Positions 59,599 through 64,000 of a stretch of 64,000 nt of DNA are shown here, piece after piece (the first letter of the stretch is position 1; every line of letters starts with the position of its first letter). The stretch comes from an uncultured Candidatus Binatia bacterium. Its GTDB lineage: Bacteria > Desulfobacterota > Binatia > UBA9968 > JAJDTQ01. Location: assembly GCA_965242525.1 (NCBI GenBank), contig OZ251459.1, forward strand, positions 192,001-256,000, read 5' to 3'. The notes under the pieces were generated by a model, which saw nothing but the letters and a program-made list of their open reading frames with translations, was not told the DNA's origin and searched no databases. The position numbers and the translations under genes are program-made.

Positions 59599-60701
59599 TC
59601 AGTGTTCCACCGGGCTCGCGGAGGCCGTGTTCCTGTCGTCGCCCGGAAACACCATGACGTTTCCGGGCGGCACGTGCAGATGGAGTCTCTCGCCGTCGGT
59701 GGCGGGTACCGTGCGGCTCTTGCCGGTGAGCCGTTCGTTGCCGGCCGTCACTTCGTACACGAACTGGTCGCCCAGGAACACGCTGGACACCAGCCGCGCC
59801 TCGAACGTGTTGGCGGTCCGCGGGTCCGAAGGCGCCGCCGGCGCCATGGACTCGGGCCGGAAGCCGATGAGCACGTCCCTGCCCGGAACCGCGCCGCCGG
59901 ACACCTCGAACCGGCCGATGCCGGTCTCCACCACCCGGTGGTCCACGCGCCGGCCGGGGAGCCAGTTCACCGAGCCGAAGAACTCGGCCACTTCGGCGCA
60001 CTCGGGGTTGCGGTAGAGGTCCATGGGCGCGCCGTACTGGAGCAGGTCGCCCAGGCTCAGGAGGGCGATCCTGTCCGCCATGGCCATGGCTTCCACCTGG
60101 TCGTGGGTCACGTAGAGCACGGTGGCGCCGAGTTGCTTGGCCAACTCGCGGATGCGCCCGCGCACGTCCTCCCGCAGGCGGGCGTCCAGGTTGCTCAGGG
60201 GTTCGTCCATGAGCAGCACCTTGGGGTTCACCGCGATGGCCCGGGCCAAGGCCACCCGCTGCTGCTGGCCGCCGCTCAGGAGGGTGGACGGACGGTCCGC
60301 CTGCTCGTCGAGTTGCACCATGCGCAGGGCCTCTCGCACCCGGTCGCGGACCTGTCGGCGCGGGATCTTCCGGGCCCCCTCCCGCAAGGGCAGCGCCACG
60401 TTGTCGAACACCGTCAGGTGGGGCCACACCGCATAGGACTGGAACACCATACCGAAGTTGCGGTCCTGAGGCGGCACCCACAGCGCTTCCCCGAACACGG
60501 TGCGGTCGTCCACGCGATCTCGCCGCCGTCCGGGGTCTCCAGCCCTGCCACGCACCGGAGCAGTGTGGTCTTGCCCGACCCGCTGGCGCCGACGATGACG
60601 AAGAACTCGCCTTCGGCCACTTCCAGGTCCAGCCGCTTGAGGGCGGCGACCCTGCCGTCGGCGACCAAGAACTCCTTGCGCAGCTCCCGGATCGAGATCA
60701 T
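59599..60701 (-). pseudogene. ABC transporter ATP-binding protein, split by a 1-nt frameshift near 60515
   Basis: Walker [10 protein letters not shown] is in one frame (60701-60516); Q-loop GMVFQSY, LSGGQQQRVALARA, DEPLSNLD and H-loop YVTHDQ are in another. Confidence 0.85.
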
Positions 60702-60907
60702 GCGGACTCCACGGGCGGCGAACTCCGGGACGGTCCGGAGGACGTCCGCGCTACCTCCCTACTCCCGCAGGGGGGCGGTGTCAAACCGGTGGACTCCCCT
60801 CGGACCTTCTGGTAAACAGGGAAATCCCCGCCTGCCCGGGGTTCGCCCGTGGGCGAACGGGGGGCGGGTTTTCGGAAGGGCGCCCCTGGACGGCGGCCGG
60901 AGAGGTT

Positions 60908-62254
60908 ATGTTTCAGGATCTGAGAGGTTTCCTCGACGTGCTGGAGCGCGAGGACCAGTTGCTCCGGGTGCGCCGGGAGGTGGACACCCGTTTCGAGATC
61001 GCCGCGGGCATCCGGAAGAGCTCGGATACGGGGGGTCCGGCGCTGTTGTTCGACAACGTCAAGGGCCATCCCGGGTGGCGCGTGCTGGGGGCGCTGTTCG
61101 CCACCCGGCGGCTGGTGGCCCTGGGGCTGGGGGTCACCGAGGACAAGCTGCTGGAGCGCTACCTGACGCTGGAGGACAAACGCATCCCCTCGGAGGTGGC
61201 GGCCACGGGCCCGGTGAAGGAAGTCCGCTGGACCGGCGGCAAAGTGGATCTCGACCGGATCCCCATCGCGGTCCATTCCGAGAAGGACTGCGGGGCCTAC
61301 GTCACCATCGGGGTCCAGATCGGGAAGGACCCGGACACGCGCGTCCCCAACGTCTCCATCCACCGCATGCTGCGCCTGGGCAAGGACCGCCTGTCCCTGT
61401 GGGCGCCGCCGGACCACCACCTGGGGCGCATGATCCTCAAGGCGGAGGACCGGGGGGAGGGTCTGGAGGTGGCCACCGCCATCGGCGTGGACCCCGCCAT
61501 CGTCATCGGGTCCCAGGCGCGGGTGCCCTACGGCGTGGACGAGTTCGCGGTGTCCGGCGGCCTGCGGGGCGCGCCGGTGCAGTTGACCCGGTGCGAGACC
61601 ATCGACGTGGAAGCGCCGGCCCACGCGGAAGTGGTGATCGAGGGCGTGACGATCCCGGGGGAGAGGGTCTCGGACGGTCCCTACGGGGAGTACCCGGGCA
61701 CCTACAGCGAGAGCAAGCAGGCGCCGGTGCTCCGGGTCACCGCGGTCACCATGCGGCAGGACCCCATCTACCAGACCTGCCTCACCGGCATGCCGGTGAC
61801 CGAGAACCACACCCTCATCGAATGCGCCAACGCCGCCCTGGTCTATCGCACGGTGGCGGCCATCACCCCGGAGGTCAAGGACGTGAGTGTCACCGCGGGC
61901 GGCACGTTCCGCCACCACGCGGTGGTGTCCCTGCGCAAGCGGCACGAGGCCGAGGCCCGGAACGTCATCCTGGCGCTGCTCGCCACGGGCGCGGGCTTCA
62001 AGCGCGTGGTGGTGGTGGACGAGGACATCGACGTGCACGACCCAGTGGACGTGGAATGGGCCATGAACACCCGGGTGCAGCCGGATCGGGACGTCGTCAT
62101 CGTCCCCAACCTGGCGTGCTCCACGCTGGACCCTTCGGCGCCGGCGCCCCGCACCACCGCGGGGTGGGGCGTGGACGCCACCATGCCGCTCAAGGACAAC
62201 GAGTATTACCGGAAGGTCCGGGTGCCCGGCGTGGACCGGGTGGACTACCTGTGA
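60908..62254 (+). CDS. UbiD-family (prFMN-dependent) decarboxylase
   Basis: DLRGFLDVLE, ALLFDNV, NVSIHRM, EVVIEG, DGPYGEYPGTY, VVVDEDIDVHD, GVDAT. Confidence 0.93.
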   Translation: MFQDLRGFLDVLEREDQLLRVRREVDTRFEIAAGIRKSSDTGGPALLFDNVKGHPGWRVLGALFATRRLVALGLGVTEDKLLERYLTLEDKRIPSEVAATGPVKEVRWTGGKVDLDRIPIAVHSEKDCGAYVTIGVQIGKDPDTRVPNVSIHRMLRLGKDRLSLWAPPDHHLGRMILKAEDRGEGLEVATAIGVDPAIVIGSQARVPYGVDEFAVSGGLRGAPVQLTRCETIDVEAPAHAEVVIEGVTIPGERVSDGPYGEYPGTYSESKQAPVLRVTAVTMRQDPIYQTCLTGMPVTENHTLIECANAALVYRTVAAITPEVKDVSVTAGGTFRHHAVVSLRKRHEAEARNVILALLATGAGFKRVVVVDEDIDVHDPVDVEWAMNTRVQPDRDVVIVPNLACSTLDPSAPAPRTTAGWGVDATMPLKDNEYYRKVRVPGVDRVDYL

Positions 62255-62319
62255 TGCGCGGGCGGTGACCGGCCCGCGCCCGCGGAACGACCCCTGACGG
62301 TCCACGTCTCCCGGCGGCC

Positions 62320-63198
62320 ATGAAGCACTTCGAGTACCTGGAACCCCGCACCGTAGCCGAAGCGTGCGAGCTCCTGAAGCAGTACGGCGGGGCTGCGCGC
62401 GTGTTCGCCGGCGGCAGCTCCCTCACGATCCTGCTCAAGCAGGGGTTCCTGCAGCCGGATGCGTTGATCAACATCAAGAAGATCGACGAGCTACGGCGCA
62501 TCGAGGAGTCCGACGGCGCTCTGGTCATCGGCGCCCTCGTGACCCATCGCGACATCGAGACCTCCGACCTCCTGGCGGCGCGCCTGCCGGTGCTGTGCGA
62601 GCTGGAGCGCGACGTGGCCAACATCCGGGTGCGCAACATGGCCACGGTGGGCGGCAACATCGCTTCCGGCGAGCCCCTGACCGACCTGCCGTGCGTCTTC
62701 CTGGCGCTGGACGCCTCGGTGCGCGTGGCGAACACCTCGGGCGGGCGCACCCTGCCCCTGGAAGAGGTCTTCGTGGATTACTACGAGACCCGGCTGCAGG
62801 AGGACGAGGTGTTGACGCACGTGGTGCTGCCGGGGCTGCCGCCCCGCAGCGCCGTCGAGTACGTCCGGTTCTCCAGCAGCTCGGTGGTGGACAAGCCCTG
62901 CATCGGCGTGGCCGTGCGGCTGTCGGTGGACCCCGACGGAGGGGCTTGCCGCGGCGTCCGCATCGGGCTGGGCTGCGTGGCGCCCACGCCCATGCGCGCG
63001 CGCAAGGCCGAAGCCGCGCTGGAGGGCCGGAGGCTGGACCGCGAGAACCTCCGGGAGGCGGCCCGGAGCGCCGCGGAAGAATGCAGTCCGTTGAGCGACT
63101 TGCGCGGCTCGGAGCGCTACAAGCGCGAGATGGTGGCGGCGCTGGTCCGGCGCATCGCCCCCAAGGCCTACGAAAGGGCCGGAGGGCAGGGGCGCTGA
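62320..63198 (+). CDS. Xanthine dehydrogenase/CoxM-family FAD-binding subunit
   Basis: FEYLEPRTVAEA, FAGGSSL, IGALVTH, RVRNMATVGGNI, DLRGSERYK. Confidence 0.92.
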   Translation: MKHFEYLEPRTVAEACELLKQYGGAARVFAGGSSLTILLKQGFLQPDALINIKKIDELRRIEESDGALVIGALVTHRDIETSDLLAARLPVLCELERDVANIRVRNMATVGGNIASGEPLTDLPCVFLALDASVRVANTSGGRTLPLEEVFVDYYETRLQEDEVLTHVVLPGLPPRSAVEYVRFSSSSVVDKPCIGVAVRLSVDPDGGACRGVRIGLGCVAPTPMRARKAEAALEGRRLDRENLREAARSAAEECSPLSDLRGSERYKREMVAALVRRIAPKAYERAGGQGR

Positions 63199-63261
63199 GG
63201 GCGCAGGGCCTCGGGCCTTCGGAGGGCCTGGGGGCGGGAACGACGGGGAGGGTCTTGCAGC

Positions 63262-63723
63262 ATGAAGAGAGCCATCCGCATGGAGGTCAACGGCGCGCCC
63301 CGCGAGCTGGAGGTGGAGCCCTGGCGCACGCTGCTCGACGTGGTCCGTGAAGAGCTGGACCTCACCGGCGCCAAGCTGGGCTGCGACATCCAGGTGTGCG
63401 GCGCGTGCACGCTGCTGGTGGACGGCAAGCCGGTGAGCGCCTGCTCGGTGCTGGCGGTGGACGCCGACGGCCGGCGGGTCACCACGGTGGAGGGCCTTGC
63501 CGACGGCGACCGCCTGCACCCGCTGCAGGAGTCGTTCCTGAAGCACGGGGCGCTGCAGTGCGGCTATTGCACTTCGGGGTTCCTGCTCACAGCCAAGGCC
63601 ATGCTGGACGAGAACCCCAGGCCCGACGACCCGCAGATCAGGAGCTACATGGGCGGCAGCTTCTGCCGGTGCGGCTGCTACCAGGAGATCATGGAGGCCA
63701 TTCGGAGCGTGGCCCAGGCCTAG
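63262..63723 (+). CDS. (2Fe-2S)-binding subunit (CoxS family)
   Basis: [29 protein letters not shown]. Confidence 0.93.
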   Translation: MKRAIRMEVNGAPRELEVEPWRTLLDVVREELDLTGAKLGCDIQVCGACTLLVDGKPVSACSVLAVDADGRRVTTVEGLADGDRLHPLQESFLKHGALQCGYCTSGFLLTAKAMLDENPRPDDPQIRSYMGGSFCRCGCYQEIMEAIRSVAQA

Positions 63724-63800
63724 GAACGGGTCCGAGGGGGCGGGGGCCGGCGGCGCCGGGCTTGGGCCAATCGGGGGGACCTGTTCCGGAGGAGCGTGTC

Positions 63801-64000
63801 ATGGCGATCGTCGAGAGGCCCCGGAGCGCGCGGGACGGCCACCGTCTGGATTACCGGGCCAAGCTCACGGGGCGCGCCGCGTACCTGGCGGATATGAAGA
63901 TGCCGGGGGTGTGCGAGGCCGCGGTCCTGCGCAGCCCCGCGGCCCACGCCTGGATCCGCTACGTGGACGCCTCGGAAGCGCTGAAGGTCCCCGGGGTGGT
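63801..64000 (+). CDS. Molybdopterin-binding large subunit (CoxL family), 3'-truncated by the window edge
   Basis: Own translation: [66 protein letters not shown]; GGAGGAG RBS. Not in the ORF track. Confidence 0.85.
   Translation, partial: MAIVERPRSARDGHRLDYRAKLTGRAAYLADMKMPGVCEAAVLRSPAAHAWIRYVDASEALKVPGV

Noticed and set aside
59161-62268. 1035-aa plus-strand ORF and 535-aa minus-strand ORF across the ABC/UbiD genes
   Set aside because: No motifs; they overlap well-supported genes in other frames.
62320-64000. Calling the operon a true aerobic CO dehydrogenase (coxMSL)
   Set aside because: The diagnostic AYxCSFR active-site motif of the large subunit lies beyond the window, so only a family-level call is supported.

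Overview
Very GC-rich bacterial window (about 70% by eye). The many amidohydrolases, UbiD, molybdo-flavoenzyme subunits and Calx-beta/Ig adhesin suggest a Binatia/Deltaproteobacteria-like, possibly host-associated organism (inference only). The centre is a ~39-kb locus with REP-like palindrome clusters on both sides. It holds an atypical ROK-family repressor transcribed divergently from a single 37.2-kb gene for a ~12,400-aa surface protein. That protein has a signal peptide, 18 divergent Ig-like domains mixed with He_PIG-like domains, a ~24-kb stalk of ~30 tandem two-domain Calx-beta-like units, and a C-terminal autotransporter-like beta-barrel that appears to have ~18 rather than 12 strands. 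Two XylR-type operator palindromes lie between the two genes. The left flank has four amidohydrolases, a GH65 phosphorylase, a thiolase-fold/DUF35 pair and class I fumarase. The right flank has an HpaB-like monooxygenase coupled to a sulfotransferase, a Mo-hydroxylase large subunit reading in frame into an SDR, an SGNH protein, an ABC transporter with a frameshifted ATPase, UbiD and a coxMSL-like operon. I saw no rRNA, tRNA, CRISPR array, transposase or integrase.
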